A stretch of 61,121 nucleotides of DNA, filler included, from Basidiobolus ranarum (taxonomy: Eukaryota): assembly GCA_040143965.1 (NCBI GenBank). It is 7 parts of 7 records of this genome, joined end to end, with 100 filler letters (N's around TTAATTAATTAA, not from the genome) between each part and the next. Parts side by side here need not be neighbours in the genome. Positions count along the whole stretch, not along the records: positions 8,770 to 17,428 come from JASJQH010007818.1; positions 17,529 to 26,180 come from JASJQH010007819.1; positions 26,281 to 34,925 come from JASJQH010007820.1; 4 more parts are not named here. One strand, written 5' to 3'. Below the pieces are notes generated by a model. It was given only the letters and a program-made list of their open reading frames with translations, did no database searches and was not told the DNA's origin. Shown here one piece after another: positions 16,125-29,822 of this stretch (its first letter is position 1; every line of letters starts with the position of its first letter). A program made the translations under genes and the position numbers.

Positions 16125-17428
16125 GGTTATGGAAAAAAGAGATAAAGTAAAACAATCCAACGAATAAATTACAATGAATATTATTTACAAAATGAGTGAA
16201 ATTGAAAAAATTCAATATTTATCATGTATGATCCGATGAACCACAACTACCACCAAGTAACTCCATGAATGATATACTTTACTTTGAAATATGTCCGTAT
16301 GGTTTGTATCTTTATATAAACGTAATTTCTTGAACGGAATTCCATACTGCTTTCATATTTTCCATAAATTTATTGGAGTAATTTAGGTCGAATAGAAAAC
16401 ATGTCATTTTAATTGCCTAAACATATGCTAATTTACTGAACTAATGCTATAAATCATAATCTCTGTATTTAATGAGCGCTTTGCTTAGCTTTGGCTAGAA
16501 AAGAAGGACAAGTTAGTTGAAATAGACGAAATCATTTTCAAATTCAACGCTTACCCAAAGGGTTACGGGGGTCGTTGGCATATTCAGGAGCTAAAGAAAT
16601 AATCCGAGGAATTAATATTTAAATTCTGAATAACCATGGAAATACTTCAACCAAGTCGAAAAAATACCTTGAATCATAGCGTTTTGAAGTTTAGCAACCA
16701 AGAAGAAAGTGATAACACCTCCAGCGAAGAAAGGAAACATAGGACGGAAAACTGGAGTAGACCATGCACGAAGACCGAAGAAGCTCATCTTGATTGTTTT
16801 TTTTGGAAAGTGTCAAAGAAAGGTTCGAGGTTTTCTATACAAGACCAGGTCAAGGTTCAAAGATCGTTATTACAATAAAATTCTAAAGTTACAATACCCT
16901 ACCAAATTTACCTCCCCCCCACCTTCCCCAGCGAATGTTCATCGCAAAAATTCCTTTTTCCCCCATAAAACTCTCTCTGTTTTTGGGGTTAATTCAATCT
17001 ACATTTCAATTTCCTGTCATACCCTGATTTGCTCCTGTATATCACGTGACTCTTCAATGAATATGGAGTTATGTGAACCGTGTGTATGACAGATAAGCAT
17101 TGCATATGATCGTGGACATTCGTGGAAAATAGTGAGTCTAAGCCCCTCACAGAAGTATCAGTAAAGATGGTGCTTTATTAGAGATAAGAAACATATGCAA
17201 GTGTTCAGTGAATGATTTCTAAGATATATTCATAAAGACTGGTGAGCCAAAGACGGCACTTTTCAAATCAAAAAGTTACAAGAGTTGCAATATGAGAAAA
17301 TACAATGGAAGAGTTATCTTAGCTAAAGAGAATACAAAAGGAGAATAAGGCTGCGAATGTTATATCAAATCCACTATCATCTACTCATGATTCTTCTTAT
17401 ACGTGATAGAGAGGCTGTGGATTGCAAG

Positions 17429-17528
17429 NNNNNNNNNNNNNNNNNNNNNNNNNNNNNNNNNNNNNNNNNNNNTTAATTAATTAANNNNNNNNNNNNNNNN
17501 NNNNNNNNNNNNNNNNNNNNNNNNNNNN
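17429..17528. other. Artificial contig spacer
   Basis: 44 N + TTAATTAATTAA + 44 N. Confidence 0.99.
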
Positions 17529-19993
17529 GATTGGTATAAACAGATTGGCCATTAATAGCAGGGGTATTGGAGGCCGCGGTGATCCCGAAGTAGCTGCAGC
17601 CTTTGCGGGGGTTGGCGGAGATGCTCGGGATTGAATATGAGGGGGACCCGACGGAGGTTGCTGTTGGAGTTGAGGGGGTCGTGCTGGCCCCGCCGGTTGC
17701 GGTTGAGAAGGATTATGTTGCTGTTGCTGAAGTAGCTGTTGCTGGCTTTGAGCTTGAGCTTGCTGCATTTTCTGTTGCTGCATCCTCATGAACTGTTGTT
17801 GCATCATCATTTGCGACATGTTCCCCATATTCCCCCCAAGCATCGCCGCATTTTGCGGATTCATTCCTCCAGCTCCACTAGCCTGTGGTGCATTTTGTCC
17901 ACCCATCATCATTCGGTTTTGCTGCTGTTGCATAAGCATATTCCTTTGTTGCAGATATTGAATTTGCTACAGAAATCAAATACAAACTCAAAGTTAGTCT
18001 CTCGCTTTGCTCCTACAAATCTCCCTTACATCCCCTATCTCCTCCCTCGCAAAACCAAAATCAACTCTCTACAAACCTGTGGTGATAGATTCTGCGGCCA
18101 TCCTTTCCCTTGCGCCTGCCCTGGTGCTTGTCCCTGAGCCTGTCCTGGATTCTGGCCTCCATTATTGCCTACAAATGTCAATCAGTTGTCAGTACTCCCT
18201 ACTTACTCATTTGGAACAATTCATTTCCCTCCCCTCCATACTCTCACTCCTTCCTCTACTCGTTCTCTCCCTACTCCATCTACTCGATGGACTCCCCTCC
18301 TTTTTTCTCCAGAAATATAAACCTGCTACATACCCATAAATTGTGCCATGTTCATGTTGGGAGCTCCACTCGTAGCTGGGTTCGCATTGGGTCCCATGCT
18401 CTGCCCTGGGCTTTGACTCATCCCTGGTGAGAATCCTGCCATCGAAGTTGGCCCCATCGAGTTCGGCCGTGGTCTCTTTGCGTCAGGCGGAGATCCCGTT
18501 TGATTCATAGGTGAGGAAAGCGCTGCATTCTATTCAAATTACATTAGTAAATCTTATTGACTTTTCCCTTTGCCACTCTCACTCTCTCTCTCCAAAATAT
18601 CTCACTCTCTGTTTTTCTTACTCTACTCTATATTATTTTACTTACCACTGATGGCGGTGACATCATTGTACCTCCTTGTTGTTGCTGCTGTTGTTGCATC
18701 GCCATCTGAGCATTTTTAGCCTGCGCTATCTGAGCTGCTGTCATTCCGCTCACTCCTGCCATGCCTTGCATACCCTGCATACCCTGCATATTACTATAGA
18801 TGTAAAGTGATTATTAGATTTGGCTCTACAAACTTGACACTCACGATCTCTTCTAATTTTTTCATATCACTTACCCTCCAGGTCTTTGCATTTGTGCTGC
18901 AATCTGCTGTTGTACTTGTGGTCTTTTCATATATCCTAATATTGCTTGCTATCAATTATAAACGGAAAAAACACAGGGTATTAGCTATTATACATACAAA
19001 AGTTTTAATACCCTCACCCGCCCCCATCTATGTATCTTCTCTTCATTACCTTCTCATTGTTATTTAGAGTGCTAGGATCCCTTCCGGCCAACCCGAGGGT
19101 TTGCATGATCTGTTGTACGATCGCTGGGTTGACTCCAGCTCTCATTCCTGGAGCTCCCGGTTGCATCTGAGGATTTTGCCCTGCCATTGTCTGACCCATT
19201 CCTTGACCCTGTGTTGGATTGCTTTCTGCTAATCCTGGCATATTCCCTGGTAGTTGTACATTAGTTTGGGGTGGTGAAAAAGGATTCACTGCTCCAGGTC
19301 CATTTACGCTCGGGTTCGACTGGGATGAGTTAGTGATGACAGGTGAATTGGGTTTCGCTGTCAAATTTAATCGAAGCGAGTTGATATTGGGGTTATTTGG
19401 ACTGTTAGGTTGCTTCTGTAAACCACTTGTTTGCGAGGTGCTTGGCTGTGAAGACTGTGTGCTAGGTGATTGACTTTGTCCAAGTTGCTGAGCTGATTGG
19501 CCCATCATTTTCTGCATTTGTGGCTGACCAAATTGGCTTCTCTGCGCTTTCAAAGTTTGACTCTTCAATTTTAAAATATAGTTAGCACTATTATACAAGG
19601 AAACATGTAGATACAAAACAAATGCTAATATAAAGCTTTTTAAGATAGAATATTTCGAGGTTATAAATACCTCAACAAAAGACTGTGCATCTTTACTCCC
19701 AGTTTTGTTGGTTCTGGCTGAAAATATATCCCAGAAGACAACCCACCATTCATACAGAAAACCGTGTGGTGAGTCAATTGGAATATGTGAATCACGAGCG
19801 ACCTGCGCCTCATTCATGAAGGCTTGAGCCGCGCTGTTCCAATTGCGTTTGAGACAGTAGTCGTATATATAAATATTGAGCCTAAACACGAAATTGCGCG
19901 TTAATACTTATATAATTATACTGAAATATTTAGTAACAGTCCACAATACATCTTATCACCCTCCCATACATTATTAGATGGTGGTTGTGCCAT
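17529..19993 (-). CDS. LisH/LUFS-domain Q-rich transcriptional regulator (Flo8/Som1/SSBP-like), copy 1, 3' end cut by contig edge
   Basis: MAQPPSNNVWEGDKM|LNIYIYDYCLKRNW..AAQAFMNEA..PIDSPHGFLYEWWVVFWDIFSAR followed by Q/G/M/P-rich exons. Confidence 0.9.
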
Positions 19994-21802
19994 GTTGACT
20001 CTTAAAGCTGTATATTGAAAATTCAGGCGCTCAAGGAAGGTCTAATAGACGCGTATTATAAGATAGAGATTAACGATATCTAAATCTCTTGTGTTTACTT
20101 TGTTGCTGACAGGAAATTGTGGAAGGGTATAGATCAACAGACGATGTAAACCCTGACGGAGTTGCGGTAGAACACAATGAACACTTTTGTATGAAACAAG
20201 TACGAGCTCTGGAGATAGCCTATTGACTAAATGTTTAGTGAAGTGAATCGAAATAAGCTTGGAAACCACTGTTCGATATTTTCACAAATAAGTATATCAA
20301 GTGTATCTTCACAGGAAAGAGACACTCGACAAACTAAGAGAGTATTATGATAATATTTTGATGGTTGCGGCAATGAGAATTGTCTAAAGTTGTCTCAACG
20401 TTATTAAAGGTGAAGCTTCTGATTCAGTGTACACTCCAAAGGATAATTAATCCCGAGTAATTTGAAAGAAGGAACAATCGCATTCTAATGAATATCTGAT
20501 AGTTATTTGGAAATTTGATTATGAATTTAAGGCAAGCGGATTGGCCCATTTCTCACATGAGCGTGTTTTTTAGTTCTCCGGACATTAACTGTAGAAATAT
20601 ATCACATCACGTGATACGGTCATAATTCTAGTGCGATATCTATCATATGAATAAGTTGGTAGGGGAAAAACACGCCACGTCATATTCAGGCATATCGCGC
20701 CAACATAAACTAAATGCAAATTTCTTGACGCGTATCTTCAGTGAAATTAAACAGTTAGAAATCTATATATTTGTAAATTTATTTTTAGGAATGAGAATTA
20801 TCATTCGAGACGAGGAAAAGCATTCATAGAAATAAAATTACATAAATCAATATTTTTAGTGCACTCGGATAAGAAATCATTAATATATAGCTTTACGTTG
20901 GTAGTACTTTGCCTGGTTTTCCTAATTCCTGGCTCATAAAGCAGAGGGTTATTTAGTTTAAATATTTTTTGAATAATACTTTATAGATTTTTATGAAAGT
21001 AACGTTTAGAATTGATATCGACGAGAAATAAAGGTATATAGGCAATTTTCAGTTTTCTTTTTGATACGCAAGAACAGTATTGGTTCCCATTAGAATTCCG
21101 AAGTGTTAAATTCTCCCGTAGCTTAGCCCGTAGTCAAGTTCACACCATGACTATTGTAAATGATATTTTATATTGTATGATGGAGCCTTTTTCCTGTAAA
21201 TTTGTCAAACATATTCGAGGCTCATATAGCAGCTTTCATAAATATTGAAAACTAGCAGAGTAAACGTTTTCGTAGACACAGCGAGGGGAAACCATAAGAA
21301 GTAATCTAGAAAACAAAGTTTCTCTCTATTACTCAAGACCACTTGAATAGCTGATTTTACCACTTCGAGTATACACTTTTGCTTCAACTCTTGCAAGATG
21401 AGCCTACGTTGTCGCTCCTTTTATGTATCTCATTATCTAAGAGATTTAACACAAATATGAATTTTCCAATACCAGCGAATGAGGTTTTGGTTTCTATAAT
21501 CTTTAGAGGTGGTCCATAAAGAGAAGAAGAGAAAAGGCGAATTGACATCTTTTTAGTTTACGGATAGAAAAGTTTGTTAAGCATATACTCTCAAAATAAA
21601 CTGATGAGTTACAGCAATGAATTACACAATTTGTCAAATTATTTTGGCGATCGTCTCATATATTTTATGAAATGTCTAATTGATTTTATAATTCGTCACA
21701 TTGTAAATTAAAACACTATCAAAAAAATAATTGTTTTGTAGGATATTAAAGTGTGATGAATTTCTAGACTTTCATCTGTTATCCCAACGATATTAATTAA
21801 GC

Positions 21803-22854
21803 ATGTCAACTCACCTATGCATCGTAACTGGAGGCGCTCGTGGCTTTGGTTTGGCCATTATTAAGCAATATATTTCTTGGATACAGAAACAACCCTCTTT
21901 GGGCTTGCATCTTGTTGTTCTAGGAAGAGCTGAAAACCAGGTAAAAGAGCTGATCAACTCGGTTCAAGATGACAAAATTAAAATCGAAGGTGTCACTGGT
22001 GTTGATCTTACTAAGTTGGATAAACTAGAAACCAATGTGGAACAAATTTTTTCTGTTATAAGAGTAAGGAATTTCTCATATTCATTTTGCGAATAAGAAC
22101 GAATCATATTAACCATGGGCGAAGAATTTAAAACAAGAGCTTGGCGAGGAAAAGTATCTGGAAGCTGTCCTCATAAATAATGCAGGTTCTCTTGGTGACT
22201 TATCCTCATCCGTAGCCAATTATAAACTCGATTTGGTTAAAGAATACTTTGATTTCAACGTGGTTTCTTTCACTTATCTATGGTAAGTGACCAGCAAAAA
22301 CTATTGAATTCTAGAAAATTATCTTAACCAATTTGTAGCTCTCAATTTCTTCAAGTTTGCGATGAAACTTTTACACAAACCAAAACTATTGTAAACATTT
22401 CGTCCTTATTGGCCGTAAAAGCCTTCCCTAACTGGGGGCTCTATGCAGCAGGTAAAGCGGCCCGCGACCAGTTGATGGGTGTTATCGCAGAAGAGGTGTG
22501 TTTACAACTGCTATACTTTTTAGAGTCTTTTACTAATGCTAGTGTTATTAGAATCGCAATACCAATACTCGTACGCTTAGTTACGCGCCTGGACCCTTGG
22601 ATAATGACATGCAGCGTACTGTCAGGGAAACAATTGATGACCCAGAACAAAAATCTATATATTCAACTATGCACAATGAGGTATTTTCAAGGATTAGAAA
22701 AAAATATGTCTTCATTACAATACTGATCCATTTAATATTTATCCTACAGAGCAAGTTAGTGAAGATGGATGAGTCGGCCGATAAGTTGTGTAAGCTTTTG
22801 TTTGCGGACAACGGGTTCGCTTCCGGCTCTCATATTGACTTCTACGATGTCTAA
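21803..22854 (+). CDS. SPR: Sepiapterin reductase (short-chain dehydrogenase/reductase), multi-exon
   Basis: TGGARGFG, LINNAGSLG, IVNISSLLAVKAFPNWGLYAAGKAARD (YxxxK), YAPGPLDNDMQ and terminal GSHIDFYD typical of SPR. Confidence 0.9.
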
Positions 22855-25354
22855 CGGCATGCCTCGTAGTCAACAATTGCTTTCTTTTAATGAGGCAGTG
22901 GTTATTGATGCCTAATCCATAAGCCTAGTACCTCTATTTGCGTTAGAATACCAACATTGGCATGTACTTGATTATAGTGTTCTAATCTAAAATGAGACGA
23001 ATTAAAGAAATCAATTAGACATTTCATAAAATGAATGGGATGATCGCAAATAATTCGAGGTAAGTGAAAACAAGAAAAAGTGTTCAAAGGCTCTCTCTGT
23101 ATCAAAGTTTAGTGTTGGTAAAGGTGAAACTAAGATTTCTGATGGGCTATTGGATTTGCAAGGGCAGCAATACATATGCTGCTACAATGAATATTTCATC
23201 AGTATTTATGGATACTGGTTGTTATATCTAAAGCATATTCATTTTGTATTGCTTAATAACAATGTTACACTTGGTGATTTGAAAATTTTCTTTCATTAGC
23301 AGGTAAAATGTCTGATAGTCTAGCATCATTCTTGCCTATTGCTATTTAGACTCTGTATAATCTATATTGCCAATGATTCATTTGCAGTAAATTTGTTCTC
23401 CCAACAATTACCATGAATGAGAAATTCTGATTGATATGTGATTTATTCTCTATACTTCCTATCAGGGGCACTTAACGCGAGTAATTATTGGTGATCATCA
23501 AACTCGTGAAACCACTGTCTTTCGTACGATTCTTGACCAAACGGAATGGATATACAATGTCATACCTATTCCATAGTGTTATTGGTTAATAAAGGCTTAT
23601 GGTTCCCAAGTGTTCGCTTGTCATTGTCACTGACTTCGAAGCTGCTCCAAAAAATCAGTATTGATGATGGCAATATCAAATATAGGCCTATAGTCTTATA
23701 TATATATATATTGCTTTGCCATGAGGTGTGTTCTGGAGATGTTTTTGTACTTTCAACAGGGAATCTTGGGTAAATGATTCACATCTCCAGTCTTAAGAAC
23801 TGACAACTGTCAAAGAACCGACTTCATGTTGATTTTAACGGCACTCTATGCTAATGCTATCATTAGCGTCAAACTCTACTTTCTTTGCCTAGCTAATCAT
23901 GAAGGATATTTATGTTGCAATCAAATTTACTATTTCTGTCAGTTGTGTCGGTTACACTGCCCAAACTAAAGTCAGCATAGGTGTGAACCATTTCCCAGTG
24001 AAATGTGATATTCTGCGTATTGCTTAGTTTGAACACTCTTCTTTTCCCATATTAACGCTAATCTTCTCTGGGAGTGATCAAGAAGGGATGCTAATTTGCT
24101 AAAGAAACCAAAAACATGGTTCGTGCTATTAATCCTAAATTCATGTCTAAGCCATCTACTTTCTTTGCAACCACCATATTCAGCCATACATTTTGAATAT
24201 TAGAAATCAATATCGACCCTTAATATAATTTACGATCTCAATTGTTTTCGTTCATATGCTGATAGTGGGGTAGAAATGGGCGTAAAAAATATCCCGTTCA
24301 GAATTAGTTGGGGTAACTGATGATGAGTTGGGTTTACCTACATTAAGATGAGTGCACCTAATTTGGAGTCTATTCCAGAACAAATCAATCTGATGAGCAT
24401 TCTAGGCAATTGTTTCATCGAGTTAGAAATCCCTCATCTCACCCGGTTCAGGGAGTCTTCGTTTTCAAATGAACTAAGGTCTGTGCTTAGCCCTTACTGT
24501 GAGCCATGTCGTAATACAAATTCAGTTTACCCGTTTGGATGGTGGTGAAGGTATCAGTCAGTGGTTATGTTTTGGGGTCAGGCTAGGGCTTCAGTGTGGC
24601 TTTAGAATGGTGGAGGCTATATGATTATAAAACATAAGGTTTGTGGTATATTAACCGCATTGTTTAATATGGCTTTTTTATCTGTCAAAATAAGCATCAT
24701 TTTGGTTTAAAGCTTTTGTGATAAGATTAGAAGTATATTCTAATCAACTAAATTCAAAATTCGTCTGAAATGGACTATCTGCATCTGTCCACTAACAACA
24801 CACTCTGAAATCTAACAAACCAATCGGCGTGGTACAAACAGGCTTCAATTTTCCTGAATAATTATCAGTTTTCGAAGGAAATTCGATGGACTCTTCCTTA
24901 GAATTATTCGGGATTGCCCTCGTCTGCTATAGTGTATACCCAAGAATACAATACACAGTTGAACAGTTAGCCTAAACTTCTCAGGTCCAGATCTCACTTG
25001 AAAACAACCATTTACTTCTTTTATTGATTGCCTCATCTAGTTTGATATTAAGATACTGTATACTCTCTTCCATATCGTTTGGTATTCTATATCTTTGTCA
25101 CTTATCATTTCCAAGGTAAGTTATACGATGACTTAAAATACTCTTTTGTTAATTGTTTCCCATTGGAAATCAACGAACAAATCACGTTCTACTTAACACT
25201 GATCTTTCTTTTTTTATGTTTTGTAGTGACAAGTCTTTTGTGATTCTTGAGAAGTACTTCTATCTCTTGTTTATACTTTTTTGATACTGTGTGCTTTATT
25301 TTCTGCATCCAGACGCAAATTTGAGCATTTCATATATATTAACTAGACACCACC

Positions 25355-26180
25355 ATGGCGCAACCACCAACCAAAAACGTCTGGGAAGGCGATAAAATGT
25401 ATCTATGAATTTTTACTCTGTTTTTTATTCTTTATTTCCACTATAACGCGTTTTCTTCTCGTGATAGGTTAAATATTTATATTTATGACTATTGCTTAAA
25501 ACGTAATTGGACAGGCGCAGCGCAAGCCTTTATGAACGAAGCTCAAGTAGCTCGTGACTCACAGGTTCCTATTAACTCACCAAATGGGTTTTTATACGAA
25601 TGGTGGGTAGTCTTTTGGGATATATTTTCCGCCAGAACCAATAAAACTGGAAGTAAGGATGCTCAGTCTTTCGTAGAGGTAAGTTGACTATTAATGTTTT
25701 TTGGATATTAATGTGGTTATTCCAAGAATTAGTAATGATTCTTAAATCAAATCATTAGGCACAGAATCTTAAAGCCCAGAGAAACCAATTTGGCCAAATG
25801 CAGAAGATGATGGGTCAAACACCACAGCAGTCTGGCCAAAATCCACTTTCCAGCGCACAGCCTCAACAATCAAATACTTCCCAGGTGGGTAACTCACAAA
25901 ATCAAGTCAGTAATATCAACAATCCTAATATCAGCTCACTTCGGTTGAATTTATCTCCCAAGCCTAATTCAACAATCGTCAACAATGTATCTCAGCCAGC
26001 TCAAATTGCAAATGGACCTGGAGCTGCAAATCATTTTTCACCACCTCAAACTAATGTGCAACTGCCCGGGAATATGTCAGGATTGTCAGAGAGCAATCCA
26101 ACACAGGGTCAAGGAATGGGTCAGACAATGGCAGGGCAAAATCCTCAGATGCAACCGGGAGCTCCAGGAATGAGAGCTGG
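25355..26180 (+). CDS. LisH/LUFS-domain regulator, copy 2, 3' end cut by contig edge
   Basis: MAQPPTKNVWEGDKM|LNIYIYDYCLKRNW..GFLYEWWVVFWDIFSAR with the same first two intron positions as copy 1. Confidence 0.9.
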
Positions 26181-26280
26181 NNNNNNNNNNNNNNNNNNNN
26201 NNNNNNNNNNNNNNNNNNNNNNNNTTAATTAATTAANNNNNNNNNNNNNNNNNNNNNNNNNNNNNNNNNNNNNNNNNNNN
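26181..26280. other. Artificial contig spacer
   Basis: 44 N + TTAATTAATTAA + 44 N. Confidence 0.99.
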
Positions 26281-26944
26281 CTCCATGGTATCTTGACATT
26301 TGGCAGTGTTACCAAAACTTTGAGGCAAAGAACAGTCAGTGGACTCAATGGGTAAAACTAAAGTTGATTTTGTGCACTTATCACTGTTGATATTCACCAG
26401 GCTTAGTGCAGCTGGTGGCTTTATACAGTAACCAAGCTTGGGATCATTTTCCTATGAAGCCTCTGGCTTTCACAGCACCAGAATTTTTGACAATAATGGC
26501 AGGGCTTCTTTGAATGAGTGTGTTATGGCATGAGAAGGATATTGTGGACAAAAGAACACCTCCTATGTAATGGTATTATATTAAGTATAGCCTATCAATA
26601 TCATCAGTTGATTTGGAGATGGTTTCACAGATGAGTCATTAGGGGATGTACAAGATATTTCCCGTAATAGATGGCAATTTTGGTTTTTTATAAGCTGTTT
26701 CTAAGCAATAGCATTTCACCAAATTTACCATCTGAAAATTTCAATGCCATTCAAAAAGCATTCAACATCTAAATCTAAATTGGCTTCCAAGCCAAAGCCT
26801 GCTGGCACAAAAGGAAAAAAACTAGTAAGAACAGAGAACTTAATTGATAAGCAGTCTTGCAATTCACTATCCACTTTGGAAGACATAAACATGCTGCAAA
26901 CTAACTCAAGTAATGATGAAGGATTAATCGATTTACCAGATGTG

Positions 26945-27746
26945 CTCCTTTATAACAGCAACAAAGTCCAATCCATGGACACAGAGTAAGTACCTCTATA
27001 ATTTGAACTAATTTGTTTGTGTGATAATCTGATGGCATTTCTAGGAAAGCTGCAAGATAGACTTCTTGGTGAAATAGATTGTGATATGCAGTATAATTGT
27101 TTTAGCTTTGGGGTATTCTATTCAAGTAATGACACATCTACTTGTGGCCAAACATTTGTTGACTGCAAGTTGGGAATATTTTGGCTGAATTCTTTATGAA
27201 ATTTGCCAAAATCCAAGATCTTATTCTCATTGTGAATGGTAACAAAAGTCAGCTATTTGCCAAGTGTCAGTGATATTCAAAATTTCAGGTGATTAGCAAT
27301 TTTTCCACAATTAGTTTGCTGGTAAAGCATATTGATGCTGTTGAGTTATGTCTGATTAGTCAATTATAAGCATATTAAAGACTAAATGTAACAAGATTGT
27401 TGTATTTTTTGACTTGCATTGTGCCTGGAATACAAAGCCAAAGATATCTAAATAAAGGCATGCATATTAATTTGAATACCTACAGCAGTAAACCTAGTAA
27501 TTTGCCATTTGAATATTAGATTTTTGATAAAATTGTTGGAAATTAAATAACATATGCCACTTATGAGTATCAATATTTTAAGATGTATGAATACCATCAA
27601 AATACTGTCAAGCAGCCGCAACTACACCATCAAAGTACCTGGCAGAATGCAAGCCACCAAGATTATGATGGTTGTCTGATAGTTTTGCAATGTAGAAGGG
27701 TGGATCTGATCTGGATCAAATCAATTTTATTCTTGTTAGGGAACTG
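26945..27746 (+). mobile_element. CACTA-like element, 3' fragment (copy 2)
   Basis: Aligns by eye to the reverse complement of ~645-1440 (e.g. AATCCATGGACACAGAGTAAGTACCTC, AAATAAAGGCATGCATATTAATTTGAAT). Confidence 0.8.
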
Positions 27747-28029
27747 TGTGATTATTGAAGCAAAGAGAGGAGAGTTTGTTATATTTCTTGATTTCCATAA
27801 CAGCTATGTTAATTGTGATAATTGTATTAACCACAAGGAATCCTCAAAACAAGAATACAAAGTATATACATGTTACAAGTAAATTGATATTGTTCAAAAC
27901 AGGCAAAATCTAGTATAAGGATTTTGAAAATGGACTTAAATTGTGATTAAAGAACCTGTTCTCTGTGATAGTGCTAGATTGAGCAGTGTATATCATATTG
28001 GAAAAAGTATTCTAAAGCTTATGCAACAC

Positions 28030-29820
28030 AATTAGGCACCATTAACAATAGAATATTTTGGAGCCTGGCTTTTGAAAGAGGTATTATGGAGATCTAACTC
28101 TCATCAAGATAATGCAGAGCAGGTGTTTTTTGAATTTGTAAAATTTCAGTGGGATTCAATAATGCCGCCTCTCATGGGATATTACTCATTGGCTGGTATT
28201 GAAAGAAACTGGGCACTTTAATTAAAGATTGCTGGAAGAGGATTTTTGCCAAAAGCAAAAATTGGAACAAGCAACTCAAGTAAGCACTAAAAGGGATCAC
28301 ACATTTGTATCTGGCAAATCATAACCACTAAGAAAGACTCAGAAATATGATATATTTGTACATGAGCTTCACTGCATATGACAATGAAAAATGATTGTTT
28401 TTTGAGTTTAAAACCCTCCAAACAAGAAAAGTCTACTTGGGTTATACCTATGCATTGGATGCAGTTAATAAGGGCACCGTTGTGCTTAATTTAGCCAAAA
28501 TACATGTTGAAATTAGGTAAATAGCAATTTATTATTTAGTAGTTAGCAAATTTATATTCTGATTATTGAGCACAAAATTCTGCCACTCAAAAATGCATGT
28601 TTGGAGCTATAATTGATAGAAATATCAATTAGAACAATTTGCCAAATTTCACTCTTTTCTCTAAACTTCTCCAAACCACCTTAAATTTTCACCCATGCTT
28701 TACAGGCATGTTTGTTATGATCTAAGCATGTCCAATAGTCTTATATCATAGTAAACTCTAAATAAGACATATTTGATTCAATCAAATTTAAGTGTCTGAT
28801 TCACCAATCAAAATCTGGTCTAAAACACTTTCAGATCCTCCAAACACTTTTATCAATTTTAGCAACACCTTCTGCAAAATTGATGATAAACCTTATATAC
28901 CAAATACAGCCAATAATCTACTCTCAGCAAGCCAAGCAATAGCCCAAGGACTAAATTTTGTGTTCAGCCAGGCTGGAAGCAGTATCACAGATTGGAACAA
29001 TATCAAATTAGCTATCAGGAGCAAAACCCAAGACTTGCACAAGCTAGAAATCAACAAATTGTATTCTGAGCCAGCAACTTTAGATAAAACCAGTAAACTA
29101 AATTGTCAAATGTAGCATAGATAATTAGGCCACATTGGCAAACAAATGCTAACCTGAATGATCCAAAATCAGCCTGTTTTGGACTTCAAAATTGAAAAAA
29201 TCACCAAATTCAATCTGTGTGAAGGTTACATATATGGAAAACATCATAGACAGCTACTTTCAAACTCTGGAGAATTTTGCCCTGATTCACTCTGACCCAT
29301 ATGCACCCATGAAAATGTCTCACTAGGTATCAAAAGTAACTATATGATCTTTATTGATGACCAAGCAAAATATATATAGGCATTCTGCCTCAATTCAATA
29401 TCTGAAGGCTTACTTACAATCAAGCACTACAAAGCAATGTTAGAGAAAGAATCAGCACAAAAAAAGGGTACTATGGTGTGACAATGATGGAGAGTACTAC
29501 TCAGCCTACAGACTTTTTGATAACATAAGTCAGAAGTTGATTAAGTGCAGAGAAGATATATTTGATGAAAAAGTAAATTTTAACCTCTATCACAGTTCTT
29601 AGTCCAGAAAACACAATCAGCAGTATTCAGGAAGTGTCTGACAAAATTCCAATTGTATCTGAACCCAATTGAACCAAACATCAGCCTCAGTTCTATCAGA
29701 GGAGGATTCAGGACCTAGAAGCTCATTCAGAATGAAAAATAAGCCAGGGAACTAGTGGAACACTTCCAATACTGAAGTCCTTGCTTATGCAGCATACTGT
29801 GACAAGCCACAGACCTTAAT
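28030..29820 (+). mobile_element. Degenerate copia family A internal region (gag end, PR, IN), interrupted
   Basis: Colinear with 3240-4810; interrupted by a solo LTR at 28505 and ended by the inverted element at 29823. Confidence 0.88.
28505..28855 (+). repeat. Solo LTR (family A) inserted in copia protease region
   Basis: TGTTG...TATCA, 351 bp; flanks rejoin into protease-region sequence colinear with ~3500-3560; no PBS or PPT adjacent; TSD not recognisable. Confidence 0.85.
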
Positions 29821-29822
29821 TC

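Noticed and set aside
17603..19473. Plus-strand ORFs opposite the LisH gene
   Set aside because: Antisense shadows of low-complexity Q/G/P exons and purine-rich introns
24319..24395. Possible C/D box snoRNA (ATGATGA...CTGA about 70 nt apart)
   Set aside because: No convincing terminal stem or rRNA-complementary guide by eye; such motifs are common in AT-rich DNA; needs snoscan or Infernal
26285..26301. 17-bp match ATGGTATCTTGACATTT to the CACTA region near 1996-2012
   Set aside because: Cannot be extended by eye; too short to call
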